Source of the DNA: an uncultured Nitrospinota bacterium
Lineage (GTDB): Bacteria; Tectomicrobia; Entotheonellia; J063; CAVPRW01
DNA length: 64,000 bases
Assembly (NCBI GenBank): GCA_963707985.1
Contig: CAVPRW010000042.1
Span: forward strand, 96,001-160,000
Reading direction: 5' to 3'
Positions 45,991 to 56,578 of this stretch are shown here, one piece after another. The notes beneath the pieces are model-generated. The model did no database searches. It was given only the letters and a program-made list of their open reading frames with translations, and was not told where the DNA came from. The position numbers and the translations under genes were made by a program. How positions within the stretch are numbered: position 1 is the stretch's first letter; every line of letters begins with the position of its first letter.

Positions 45991-47628
45991 ATGGCACAGA
46001 TGACGGGTGGGCAGGCAGTCGTCCAGGCACTGCAGCGAGAAGGGGTCGAATATGTGTTCGGCCTACCAGGTGTACAGATTATGGGGATCTACGACGCCTT
46101 CTATGGGCAGTCCGATGTGAAGCTGATCACCGTGCGCCATGAGCAAACCACCGCCTATATGGCGGATGGCTATGCTCGGGTGACCGGAAAACCGGGGGTG
46201 GGCCTGGTGGTGCCAGGACCAGGGCTGCAAAATGCCTCGGCGGCGTTGGGCACCGCCTATTCCTGCTCATCGCCAGTGCTGTTGGTGGCGGGCCAGATCG
46301 AGAGCTACATGCTGGGGCAGGACAAGGGGGCGCTCCATGAGATCAACGATCAACTTGATATCGTTCGTCCGATCACCAAGTGGTGCGAGCGCGTCTTGAG
46401 CGTCGAGAAAATCCCTGCAGCCATCCATGAGGCCATGCGTCAGATGCAGACCGGAAGGCCACGCCCTACGCTGGTGGAGGTGCCCCCTGACGTGCTGGCC
46501 ACAGTCGCCGACGTGACCCTCCCCACCCCTGAACATTATGCTCCGTTGTCGCCCGATCAGACCGATATCCAGCGCGCCGCCGAGTTGCTCGCCACGGCCA
46601 GAAAGCCGCTGATCTGGGCCGGTGGTGGAGTCATTGTGGGGGACGCGTCGGCAGAGTTACAAGCACTTGCGGAAGCTCTGGGGGCTCCAGTCGCTACCAC
46701 GCCGGAGGGTAAGGGAGCGATCCCCGAAGATCATGCGCTGGCGCTCGGCGTAGGCTATTATGGACACGGTGCGCCGTCTTATGCCGCACCGCGTGCCGAC
46801 GTGATCCTGGCTGTTGGCACGCGCCTCACCGGTCAGATGCGTGGACCGACTGCCCCCATAGCCCCGCAGCGGCTGATTCATCTGGACGTCGATGCCGCGG
46901 TGATCGGGAAGAACTATCCAGCTGACATCGCCCTGGTTGGGCATGCGAAGCAGGGACTGCAGATGCTCCTGGAGGCTGTGCGCACGCAGAAAGTGCCTCA
47001 AGAACGCTGGCCGCGTCAGGAACTAGACGAAATTATCCGCGAGAACGCTGCGTGGGTGCGGCAGCAGGCACCACTACAGTGTGAAATTATCGGGCAATTG
47101 CAGCAGGTGCTCGACGACGATGCCGTGGTTGTCAGCGGTATCACCAACGTGGGCTACTGGTCGCATTTCGCGCTTCGCGTCCGGCGCCCTCGCACGTACC
47201 TGAGCGCGTCTTATTTTGCGACGCTGGGCTTTGCCTTCCCCACTGCCCTGGGAGCGAAGGTTGCTGCCCCCCATCGTCAGGTCGTCAGCCTATCGGGTGA
47301 CGGGGGCTTCATGTATGCGCTGCCTGAGCTGGCAACCGCCGTGCAGTATGGCATCAATCTGGTGGCATTGGTGTTTGTCGACGGCGCCTTCGGGGCGTCC
47401 AACAATGACCAGCGCACGCGCTATCAAGGCAGGGTCGTGGGGACGAACATTCACAACCCCAACTTCGCGCAGGTGGCAGAGGCCTTCGGGGCAAAGGGCA
47501 TGCGGGTCGAGCCAGATAAGCTGGCAACTGCATTAGAAGAGGCGTTTGAGGCCAACCGGCCGACGCTAATCGAGGTGCCGGTGCCGACGATGGCGCCACC
47601 ATTCCAGATCCCGCCGCGTGGAGAGTAA
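45991..47628 (+). CDS. Thiamine-diphosphate-dependent enzyme (ALS-like family)
   Basis: VFGLPG, RHEQ...MADGYAR, PGPG, LGFAFPTALG, GDGGF. Confidence 0.92.
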   Translation: MAQMTGGQAVVQALQREGVEYVFGLPGVQIMGIYDAFYGQSDVKLITVRHEQTTAYMADGYARVTGKPGVGLVVPGPGLQNASAALGTAYSCSSPVLLVAGQIESYMLGQDKGALHEINDQLDIVRPITKWCERVLSVEKIPAAIHEAMRQMQTGRPRPTLVEVPPDVLATVADVTLPTPEHYAPLSPDQTDIQRAAELLATARKPLIWAGGGVIVGDASAELQALAEALGAPVATTPEGKGAIPEDHALALGVGYYGHGAPSYAAPRADVILAVGTRLTGQMRGPTAPIAPQRLIHLDVDAAVIGKNYPADIALVGHAKQGLQMLLEAVRTQKVPQERWPRQELDEIIRENAAWVRQQAPLQCEIIGQLQQVLDDDAVVVSGITNVGYWSHFALRVRRPRTYLSASYFATLGFAFPTALGAKVAAPHRQVVSLSGDGGFMYALPELATAVQYGINLVALVFVDGAFGASNNDQRTRYQGRVVGTNIHNPNFAQVAEAFGAKGMRVEPDKLATALEEAFEANRPTLIEVPVPTMAPPFQIPPRGE

Positions 47629-48211
47629 CGGTGCCCCTTGACTATATTGGCCAATCAATTTCCAGGGCAGCGCAAGTGGCGTGGAGCGCCTCAGTGGTAT
47701 GACAGGCAATTTATTCCACATCTGGCCCCCACGGCCCTCATCGGCTCGAGGGCCGCAACCCGATCCGATTTCGCATCCCTGACCACGAAGGTTTCATCGA
47801 GAGTGCAGTCGCGAAAGCTGGAGCCCCTGAACACATAACACATTGCTCGCGGTTCTGGTGCGCAAAGTACGTGAGAGAGGGAAGAGAGGCATGATCTCTT
47901 GGGGGGTATTATGTCCCATGGCTGGACACCATACCCCATTGCGGGCATGTGCCTCCCCATCACGAATCGCCTCATGCCTCTTGCAGCTTTCTTCCCTTAG
48001 GGCTTTCCTCGCCTAAGCGCAGCATTTCCGTGCCAACCGGCCTGGGATTTGCCCATAGGGAATGTCATTTTCTCGCTTTGTGATGCCAGCATGGATCTGG
48101 ACGCCCAGTCTTGCTCGTGAAGTAGGGCGCATCTGGCAGCGCCAGGAGGGCCAGATCGAGGCCTCAACTCAGCAGATGAGGCTCTCGTGCAAAAAGGAAG
48201 GGAAAGAATCT

Positions 48212-49886
48212 ATGCCTGGGATACGCATTGTCATCATCGGTGGGATGGCTGGAGGGGCGAGTGCTGCGGCGCGAGCCCGTAGGCTGTCTGAGGAGGCTGT
48301 GATTACTGTCGTCGAACGCGGCCCGCATGTATCCTTTGCCAATTGTGGCCTGCCCTATTTCGTCGGCGGCGAAATCGTTGGCCGGGACGCCCTGCTGATT
48401 CATACCCCCGAGAGCCTGCGGCGCCGCTTTAATGTCGATGTGCATGTGCTGACCGAAGCCGTGCACATCGACCGTCGGACGCGGGAAGTCGAGCTCCACG
48501 ATCTCACGTCGAACACGTCTTACCGAGAAGCCTATGATGCGCTGGTGCTTTCCACCGGAGCGGGGCCCCTGAAACCACCGATCCCAGGCATAGAACGACC
48601 AGGGCATTTCACTGTACGGAACATTCCAGACGTCGAAGCCATTATGGCCTGGATCAATGCGCATCAGGCGTGCCGAGCCGTAGTCGTGGGGGGCGGCTAT
48701 ATCGGCCTGGAGATGGCCGAGCAGTTGCACCGGCGAGGGCTCTCCGTAGCTCTCGCCGAGGCGCTTCCCCAGGTGATGGCACCCCTGGATCCGGAAATGG
48801 CTGCGTGGCTGCATCAGGAATTACGTCGCCACCAGGTCGCGTTGTATCTGAATGATGGCGTGGCCGCCTTCGAAACCCCGGCTGCCGGCGAACGAGCGGC
48901 GGCATCGGTGGTCGTGCTGCGGAGCGGCGCTCGACTGCCCGCCGACCTAGTCATCCTCGGGCTTGGGGTGCGTCCTGAGATCGATCTGGCACGCGATGCA
49001 GGGCTGGAAATCGGGGAACATGGCGGCATCCGGGTGGATGAGCACTTGCAAACCAGCGACCCGCATATCTGGGCTGTGGGCGATGCGATCGAGGTGCGCG
49101 ATGCGGTCACCGGCGCCTGGAGTCTGATACCGCTGGCGGGGCCAGCAAATCGGCAGGGCCGCATCGCGGCAGACAATATCTGCGGACGTAGCTCGCGTTA
49201 TCAGGGGACGTGGGGAACCGCGATCCTCCGCCTGTTTGACTGCACTGCAGCCTGCACCGGCGCTAGCGAGAAGACGTTACGCAGGGCCGGCATCCCATTC
49301 GAGGTGGTGCATCTGCATCCAGGCTCGCATGCCGGTTATTATCCTGGTGCCACACCGCTAACACTGAAGCTGCTCTATGCTCCAGGCAGCGGCAAACTGC
49401 TGGGTGCTCAGGTGGTCGGCGCCGAGGGAGTGGATAAGCGCCTCGATGTGTTGGCCACAGGGCTGCAGGCCGGGATGACAGTGCATGATTTGGCCGATCT
49501 GGAGCTGGCCTATGCACCGCCGTTTAGCTCGGCGAAAGATCCGGTGAACCTGGCGGGCATGGTGGCGCAGAATGTCCTGCATGGCGATGTAAAGGTCATC
49601 CAATGGCACGAACTCGCGGGGCTCGACCCCAGCAGCAGCTTAGTCCTCGACGTGCGCGACGACGCCGAGCGCCGGGAGGGATCGGATCCCCGGCTCGGTG
49701 CATATACCGCTGCCAGCGTTGCGGTCGCGTCTTAGCGAATTGCCGAAGGACCGTGAAATCATCCCTTACTGCCGCTCCGGGCAGCGCTCCTACTATGCCA
49801 GTCGCATCCTCCTTCAGCATGGCTTCCGGGTACGCAACCTCAGCGGGTCTTATCGTACTTGGCAGACGGCGACGCACGACGACTGA
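48212..49886 (+). CDS. CoA-disulfide/persulfide reductase with C-terminal rhodanese domain (frameshift near 49680)
   Basis: GGMAGG, SFANCGLPY redox Cys, GGGYIGLE, YAPPFS.AKDPVN. Rhodanese LDVR and YCRSGQRSY in shifted frame. Confidence 0.9.
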
Positions 49887-50150
49887 ACGGGGCTGTGCCA
49901 GTGGCGCGAGGGCGACTTGTCAAGCGATACCCTGATAGACCATCGAGACGACGCACTGTTTGAGCATGTGGCAGCTGTTCATGCGGTCATGATAGACGTC
50001 GATTTTCACCTGGCCAGCTGGCTGCGCAGATGATGATTGCCATGGTGCTCTACCAGGCGTGTACTGCCGGCCATACCTCTGTTAGGGCGCACGAATACGA
50101 GCGTCAACCCCCTCTTTCCATGGGCGAAAGCGGCCGAGAAGGCAACGCGT

Positions 50151-50927
50151 TTGACCACGCTTGAACTGCTTGCGCTCATGGCCATCTTCTTCCTGACCAG
50201 CGTGATCAGCGTCGTAACGGGCAGCACATCGCTCATTACCGTCCCCGCTCTATTACAGTTCGGCATTGACCCTCGCGTAGCGGTGGCGACGAATATGTTT
50301 GCCCTCACCTGTATGAGCCTCGGGGGTACACTCTCCTTTATGGGGAGCAAGACGATCGACCGGAGGCGCCTGCCCCTGCTGGCGGTGCTCACCCTGATCA
50401 GCTCTATCATCGGCGCACGACTGGTATTAGTGGTTCCCGCCAGGAGCATGCCCTTCCTCATCGCCATCTTTATGCTGACCATTGCGGGGTTTTCCCTGAT
50501 CAAACAGGAAGCGGGTATGACCCCGGACGAGGTGGCACCCTCACGCGGTGCGGAAGTCGGCGGCTATGCGGTGACGTTTCTCCTGGGGATCTATGGGGGG
50601 TTTTTTAGCGGTGGCTATGTGACCCTGCTCACGGCGGCCTACGTTGCCCTCTTCGGCATGACATTTATCCGAGCCGTGGCGACGACCAAAGTCATCAACA
50701 TTGTCTCCTCACTGGTTGCCACCATCGTATTCGCCCTCCTTGGGCTCATCGATTACCGGCTTGGCATCCTCTTGGGGGTAACCATGTTCCTAGGCGGAAT
50801 CATTGGGGGGTATGCTGCGCTCAGAATGCAGAACGTCTGGTTGCGGCGTGTCTTTCTCCTGACGGTCATCGTCCTCGCGCTGAAAACCCTCCTGTATGAC
50901 ATCGCCTGGAAGATGCTGCACGCATAG
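50151..50927 (+). CDS. TauE/SafE-family sulfite exporter
   Basis: Multi-TM protein, LITVPAL, AVATN, GIYGGFFSGG, AVATTK. Confidence 0.85.
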   Translation: MTTLELLALMAIFFLTSVISVVTGSTSLITVPALLQFGIDPRVAVATNMFALTCMSLGGTLSFMGSKTIDRRRLPLLAVLTLISSIIGARLVLVVPARSMPFLIAIFMLTIAGFSLIKQEAGMTPDEVAPSRGAEVGGYAVTFLLGIYGGFFSGGYVTLLTAAYVALFGMTFIRAVATTKVINIVSSLVATIVFALLGLIDYRLGILLGVTMFLGGIIGGYAALRMQNVWLRRVFLLTVIVLALKTLLYDIAWKMLHA

Positions 50928-51304
50928 ACGGGGCCGGTGTCAACATCACCGTCGTCACTCCTGAGCCCGTCAGTTGGGGCACGTGCAGCGTGTGCCCCCG
51001 GTCTGCCGAGAACGTACGGCTATAGACGGGGCTCGAAGCATGTCAAGCATGCTTGTCCGCCCACCAGGCCCTGCGCGATCAGAACAGCCTTTTTCCCACG
51101 CCTCGCCCATGGCCTGTGCCCAGGACGCGCCGGATGATGACGCGACACCACAGGCGACACCCCGACAAGAGGGCTCTGCAACTGGCGAGAAGGCACGAGG
51201 TGCGACGACCATCATGACGATCACCCATAGCGCCCCGTCAAGCGCTGCCATGATCTGCCGTGATCTCCGAGGGCTCCCAATCCCGCCTGAACTCTAGGAA
51301 GCCG

Positions 51305-51835
51305 CTAGTGATCGGAGGCGTGCGGCCCATGATCAGCACGCTGGGCCATAAACCAGTGGTGGATGGCCATCACCAAGGCGGGCTCCTTCGCCGTGTACCG
51401 AATCTGTGCGCCATCGGGCAATGGCAAATACTGGATGTCGATCTGCCCAGCCCCAGCTTTTAGCTCGGCCAGCCCGGGCATCGCCTCGCCATGAATCTTG
51501 GCTGGGTCAGAGAAGTCACCGCGTTGAAACTTTTCCGCCTCTTCCTTGAGGTGGGCTTGAATGAGGGCGATCTGCTCGTGGTTTGCAGGGTCCTTCGCCC
51601 TGACGGTCTGCAGGCCGCCGTCGTTCAGGGACTGGAAGACATGCATGGTCTGCTCGAGATCGAAGGGCATGACTTGAGCGCCGCGGGTGGCAATCTCGCC
51701 TTGACGGGCCGCGGTACCGGATCCTTCCATGCCGGAAACCGCCCCGACCATGGTCATTACTAGCAGGAGCGCGCTCACACCCAGTAGCAGGATGGTTTTG
51801 TATGGACCCCTTGAGCGAATAGAGGTAACGTTCAC
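51305..51835 (-). CDS. Exported His/Met-rich hypothetical protein
   Basis: Signal-like hydrophobic stretch, VMPFDLEQTMHVF, IHGEAMPGL, HHWFMAQRADHGPHASDH. Confidence 0.7.
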   Translation of the reverse strand: MNVTSIRSRGPYKTILLLGVSALLLVMTMVGAVSGMEGSGTAARQGEIATRGAQVMPFDLEQTMHVFQSLNDGGLQTVRAKDPANHEQIALIQAHLKEEAEKFQRGDFSDPAKIHGEAMPGLAELKAGAGQIDIQYLPLPDGAQIRYTAKEPALVMAIHHWFMAQRADHGPHASDH

Positions 51836-51877
51836 GTCGAGCCTCCTTTCAATGCTGATGTCGTGGGTCTCCCTGCA

Positions 51878-52680
51878 CTAGTGAGTAGGTAGGGGAACCG
51901 CTCCTCGTATTTGTGCGGGAAGACGGATCGGATACTTCACGCAACGCTTCTCCAATGCCTCGTAGACCTCTGGCTTGGCGCAGGCAATATCGGCCTGACA
52001 GCCCACTTCCTTGCCTCGCTTCTGCTGGCGCTTGATCTCTGGGAGCAGCAGTCCGTCCCAGTCCTCGACGCTGTGAACGTTGCCGGGCCACAGCTTGGCG
52101 GCCAGGCAGTCACCATCCCGCTTGAACAGCAGGAGCGGGTGATAGCAGGTGGACTCGAAGTGTCCTTTGTAGGCACTGTGTTCTTGCTGACCGTAGACTG
52201 GGATCTCGGTGCTGTTCATGTCTAGCACCACCGAGGCGAATCGATCGCTTCCGCCCTGCTGATCAGCTCGCGATTGATCGCCTCCAGACCGGCAAGGTTT
52301 TCTTCTTCGGCAAGCAGTTCCGTCTCAAAGGAATGCAACCTCGAAGCCAGCGCCGTGCCCCGTTCCCAGATTTTCTCCAAACCGATGAACTGAAGGGTCG
52401 GGCCCGCCGACACCCGTTCGGCATCATTCAGATCTTCATAGCCCGCCAGCCGGCTGTAGATCAACTGCCGTAGCAAGTCGGCCACTGGAAATTACGTGTT
52501 GCGCCCACGATCCATGTCGGTCAGATACCGCTCGATCAGCGCGTCCATCCCAACTGCTCTTCCACCTTTCGAAGCACCATCATCCCGCCATCCGAGGTCA
52601 CTCACGATCCCTGAAAATCGACCCGCAAGGAGCTATTGAAGGATAGCTGCAACGGCTCGTTTTGTTTCTCACCCATGGGG
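51878..52680 (-). mobile_element. IS1380-family transposase remnant
   Basis: VTSDGG, LLRQLIYSRLAGYEDLNDA, YGQQEHSAY.GH...CYHPLLLF, PGNVHS. Stops and frameshifts present. Confidence 0.85.
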
Positions 52681-52783
52681 TATGGCCCTCCGGAAGGCCA
52701 TCCTCATGCTGGAACCTGCATGAATCTTCGTGTTGAAGGTCAGTCTAATTCAGGCATAGTGATTGTAAATCGACCATCAGGGC

Positions 52784-53239
52784 TCAATAATCTAGCACCT
52801 TGTTAGCGGCGATGATGAGCTCTGCGAGGCCACCCTCCTGGGCCATCTGCGCACCGGGGCGTAAGGATTTCTCATCGAGTCCCGCTGCCATGGCACAGTG
52901 GCGACAGACCATCACCTTGCCTCCAGCCTTCACAAAGGCATCGTAGGCTTTGGCGGCTGTGCCGCCCTGACCCCACTGCAGATCAAGGGGCTGTCGTGCA
53001 TCGGCCAGGCGCACGCCTTCCAAATCAAGCATAAGCGTGACCTGCGCCCCCTTTGATTGCATGAGCTCGGCAATCGTCAGGGCCATGAGGGCCGCATGCA
53101 AATCATCCGTGTAGTGCTGCAGGTGCACGACGATCTGCTGTTTCCCCTGCGCACCGGCCAGGACACCCCCGATCCCCGACATCGTGAATAACACGCTGAG
53201 GCCGGCCACCACCGCCACGAGAGTTCTCATCCTGTTCAT
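52784..53239 (-). CDS. Exported DsrE/DsrF-like protein
   Basis: Signal peptide, LMLDLEGV, VMVCRHC, KVLDY. Confidence 0.8.
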   Translation of the reverse strand: MNRMRTLVAVVAGLSVLFTMSGIGGVLAGAQGKQQIVVHLQHYTDDLHAALMALTIAELMQSKGAQVTLMLDLEGVRLADARQPLDLQWGQGGTAAKAYDAFVKAGGKVMVCRHCAMAAGLDEKSLRPGAQMAQEGGLAELIIAANKVLDY

Positions 53240-53318
53240 GGTATCCTCCTTGGTTCCCAAGAGCCCCTGTTGAAACCTCTGTCATAGCACAAACGGCGCC
53301 ACTCAAAACATCCTCCAG

Positions 53319-53811
53319 CTACTTCACTGGTGCTTCCACCGACAGCTGGCCTGCCCGCTCGAACGTGAGCGTCACCGACACCGCGTCGCCTGGTTTCAGG
53401 TCACGCGTCAGGCCGAGTCAGCATCATGTGATAGCCCCCCGGTTTCATTTCGAGCGTCCCACCTGCCGGCACCGCAAACTTGGGCAGCGGTCGCATCATC
53501 ATGGTGCCACCTACCGCGACCGTTTCGTGCAGCTCCACGGTGGTGGCCGCACTCGAGATTGCGGACACGAGGGCATCGGACTCGCTCCCATGGTTGCGGA
53601 TCGTGACATAGATGGCACCGTTCCCCGTCATCGTCGGGCCCTGATGTGGCGTCCCTTGCCCCTCCGGCGCCATCATGGGGGCTCTGCGGACCCAGGCGTT
53701 TTCAAGCTGGATCGTCTGTGCGTCGGGACCTGTTTGTCCAGCCCAGGCATCCCCGAGCGTAATGAGCGCGAACATGGCCAGGAATGCACTCACCGGGAGC
53801 GTGTGTCGCAT
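53319..53811 (-). CDS. Copper chaperone PCu(A)C (frameshift near 53415)
   Basis: NAWVR, ELHET..G.MMMR, MKPGGYHMML, shifted tail LKPGDAVSVTLTFE. Confidence 0.85.
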
Positions 53812-53984
53812 GGTCTATCCCCCCACAGGGTCTTACTCAAACTCTCCAGAAAGGGAGGGGATCAATTTTCTAGTGATGCAAGTGACTCGGCATGCTAGAT
53901 TCACATCCATGGGAATTTCTCCCCACCCTCCTCCTGGGACCCCCAATATGGGCGACCTGTGCTCTTCGGACAGGTCGTTGAGGC

Positions 53985-54112
53985 TGCCAATGACTCGAAG
54001 CGTGGTGCCCGTGATCGGAGAGTTGTGCCATGAACCAGTGATGCAGCGTCACAACCAGCGCGGGATCCTTCGTGCTGTACCGAATCTGCGCGCCATTTGG
54101 CAATTGGGAAAA
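53985..54112 (-). pseudogene. C-terminal fragment of a paralogue of the 51305..51835 protein
   Basis: LPNGAQIRYSTKDPALVVTLHHWFMAQLSDHGHHA versus LPDGAQIRYTAKEPALVMAIHHWFMAQRADHGPHA. 5' part replaced by MITE-like elements. Confidence 0.8.
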
Positions 54113-54119
54113 CATTTAT

Positions 54120-54245
54120 CCTCGGTTCGCTCATATTTGCTGCAAGCGATTGAAAATATTGCGGAGCGACCTTAAAAAGGCGAGTTTTTTGACGTCCAAA
54201 AACTCTTGCAATCATCACTGGTGACAAGAAATGAGCGAACCGAGG
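54120..54245. mobile_element. MITE-like element 1
   Basis: 15-bp terminal inverted repeat CCTCGGTTCGCTCAT / ATGAGCGAACCGAGG. CATTTAT on both flanks (54113-54119, 54247-54253). Confidence 0.65.
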
Positions 54246-54253
54246 GCATTTAT

Positions 54254-54474
54254 ACTCACGGTTCGCTCATTTTTTAGACCAGTTCCAAACATTGCCCTAT
54301 AACTCGTTGATTTTCGGAACCCTCGTACAACCTGACGGTCACTCCACAGCACACGGATGGGTCCACGGGGCCGAACAAGCCAAGAGCAGACGGACCGTCA
54401 ACTTTCAAAAACTCTGTGATTTCAAATCCTTGTCAAATGTTGAAAACCGTCGAAAAAATGAGCGAACCGTGAGT
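54254..54474. mobile_element. MITE-like element 2
   Basis: 22-bp inverted ends ACTCACGGTTCGCTCATTTTTT / AAAAAATGAGCGAACCGTGAGT, with TTAT direct repeats on both sides. Confidence 0.7.
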
Positions 54475-55674
54475 TTATAAGCCCAACATCGATACTGCCG
54501 TTCCGATCAACACCACCCAAATGATGTCGACCTTCAAGAGCAAGGCGGCCATTGCTGTGCTGGCCAGGAGGACCCGGAGGAGATCCCATGGGATATCTAA
54601 AGCAAAGCGAAGCGTAACCGTGGACATGAGCCCCACAGAAGAACACATGATGCCATCGATCGCTTGCTGAAAGGACACCGACCGCCGTAGCCTATCAAAA
54701 TAGGGCGCAATTCCCACCACAATCACGAAGGAAGGGAGAAAGACACTGACGGTGGCGATCATCCCTCCGACAACGCCATACAGCGAGTAGCCAACGAAGG
54801 TTGCAGTCATGACGATTGGCCCCGGAGTGATCTGCCCCAGCGCAATGCCGTCGAGGAACATGGAGGCATCCATCCACGAACGGGTCTCGACGATCTCGTG
54901 GAACATGAGCGGCACCGAGGCGAACCCTCCCCCAAAGGCAAAGAGGTCAATCCTGAACATGAGAATCGCAAGCTCGAACAGCCTACGTTCAACGCGGAAA
55001 AGGAGAGCACATGCCAACACCGCCAGCGCCACGAGCCACACAAGAGGCCGTGTCGAATGGAAATCTCTGGCTGCATCAACGGTCAGATCCGGGATCGATG
55101 GTCTGTGGGGTAGGGCAAACCCGAAAACAGCCGACAAGAGGATAACTGGGATGGGATGGATCCCCCATGCAAACATCCCCGCAGCTACCAAAGCGATGAT
55201 CACGTGCCTCCACTGTTTCAGCGAAGCTCTGCCAAAAGAGACAGTCGCATTCGCTACTATGGCCACAATGAGGACCTGAAGGCCGCGAAAGGCCGAGATC
55301 CCGGTCGGTAGATGAGACCAGCGTCCATAGAGAGCCGAGAGCATCATCATGAGCAGAAACGACGGGAGGCCAAAGCCGATGAAGCTCGCCGCTGCACCGG
55401 CCACACCCCGCACGCAGAAGCCGATATACGCGGATAGTTGCATGGCCGTGGCCCCAGGAATCGTTTGGCACAGCGCCACACCATCACGAACAGTCCCTTC
55501 ATCAAGCCATTTCCTGCGCTCAACGACGGTCATCCGGATATAGGCAATCATCGCCGGTCCGCCGAAGGCCGTCGCTCCCAATCGGAGAAATGCGCCGAAC
55601 AGGTGCACTAAGGGGAGGGACTGACTCACGTGTTGAACTGGCTGTGGGTGCGTGTCCGCCAACATCGCCTCCAT
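54475..55674 (-). CDS. chrA: Chromate ion transporter (CHR family, long chain)
   Basis: FLRLGATAFGGP, CQTIPG, FAFGGG, GQITPGPI, VFLPSF. Confidence 0.9.
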   Translation of the reverse strand: MEAMLADTHPQPVQHVSQSLPLVHLFGAFLRLGATAFGGPAMIAYIRMTVVERRKWLDEGTVRDGVALCQTIPGATAMQLSAYIGFCVRGVAGAAASFIGFGLPSFLLMMMLSALYGRWSHLPTGISAFRGLQVLIVAIVANATVSFGRASLKQWRHVIIALVAAGMFAWGIHPIPVILLSAVFGFALPHRPSIPDLTVDAARDFHSTRPLVWLVALAVLACALLFRVERRLFELAILMFRIDLFAFGGGFASVPLMFHEIVETRSWMDASMFLDGIALGQITPGPIVMTATFVGYSLYGVVGGMIATVSVFLPSFVIVVGIAPYFDRLRRSVSFQQAIDGIMCSSVGLMSTVTLRFALDIPWDLLRVLLASTAMAALLLKVDIIWVVLIGTAVSMLGL

Positions 55675-55727
55675 TGTGCGTGCCTGATCAGGCTGGTTAT
55701 TTCCCGATGGGCAAGGTCAAAATCGGC

Positions 55728-56578
55728 GGTAGTGCTACACAGGTAATGCTGCGGCGACCCTCGTGAGATTGTAGTAGCAAATGAAATACTTGATCGCACC
55801 GATGTGATGCGCCAGCTTCTTGGAGAACGAGAGGGTCTCACGTACCAGACGCGAGACACGCTGCCTCAGCGTGTTGTTGAAGCACTCGATGTGATTGGTT
55901 TTGCGGGCTTTCTTCGTGATGGCTTTGTGCCGATCCGCCGGAATCACTCCGTGATAGGTGTCGTATTGATCCGTATGGAACGTGGCCTGTTCGCGGTACA
56001 CCACGGAGATCTTGGCCCACAGCTCTTTGGCACTGTCACGACTGCGATCCCCAACATGAAACGCAATGATCCTGGCGGTGATCGGCGTCCATCGCGATCC
56101 AGATCCATTGCTTGTTCGCCTTTTTCTTCACAAAGCTCCACATCTCATCGGCTTCGGCTTCCAGCTGTCGAATCACCACGTCTGTTGGACGCGGTGGGAG
56201 CTCGGACATGTAAGTCATCGGGACAGGCCGCAAAGCGCTCCACCATAAAGTGCAAGAGCCAGGTGAGGCTGACGCCCACGGCACGGCAGATCCCACGCAG
56301 CGAGATGCGCTCGCGCAGCAGGTGTTCAATCAGGGTGCGCTGCTCATCCGCAATGATACGGTCTTCGGCCGTGGCCACAAACTGGCGCTCACACGCTTGA
56401 CACTGATGATTCTGCTTCCCATGGCGGGTATGACCATTTTTCTTGTACCGGGTCGATCCACACTCTGGGCACGCCTCTCTGACGACCATGGCTGCTGTTG
56501 GTCTCCCTGCTTTCGGGTCTGTTTTTGACCAACAGTAGCACGGAATTGAGTCGCGAGCATTACCTGTGTAGCACTACC
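55728..56578 (-). mobile_element. IS1-family insertion sequence (frameshifted transposase 55735..56489)
   Basis: Perfect 23-bp TIR GGTAGTGCTACACAGGTAATGCT. Zn ribbon CPECGS...GKQNHQC, DEMWSFV, TNHIECFNNTLRQR. Confidence 0.92.

Noticed and set aside
54113..54478. Four CGGTTCGCTCAT-type repeats as a CRISPR or iteron array
   Set aside because: They alternate in orientation with irregular spacing, fitting two TIR pairs. No cas genes are present.
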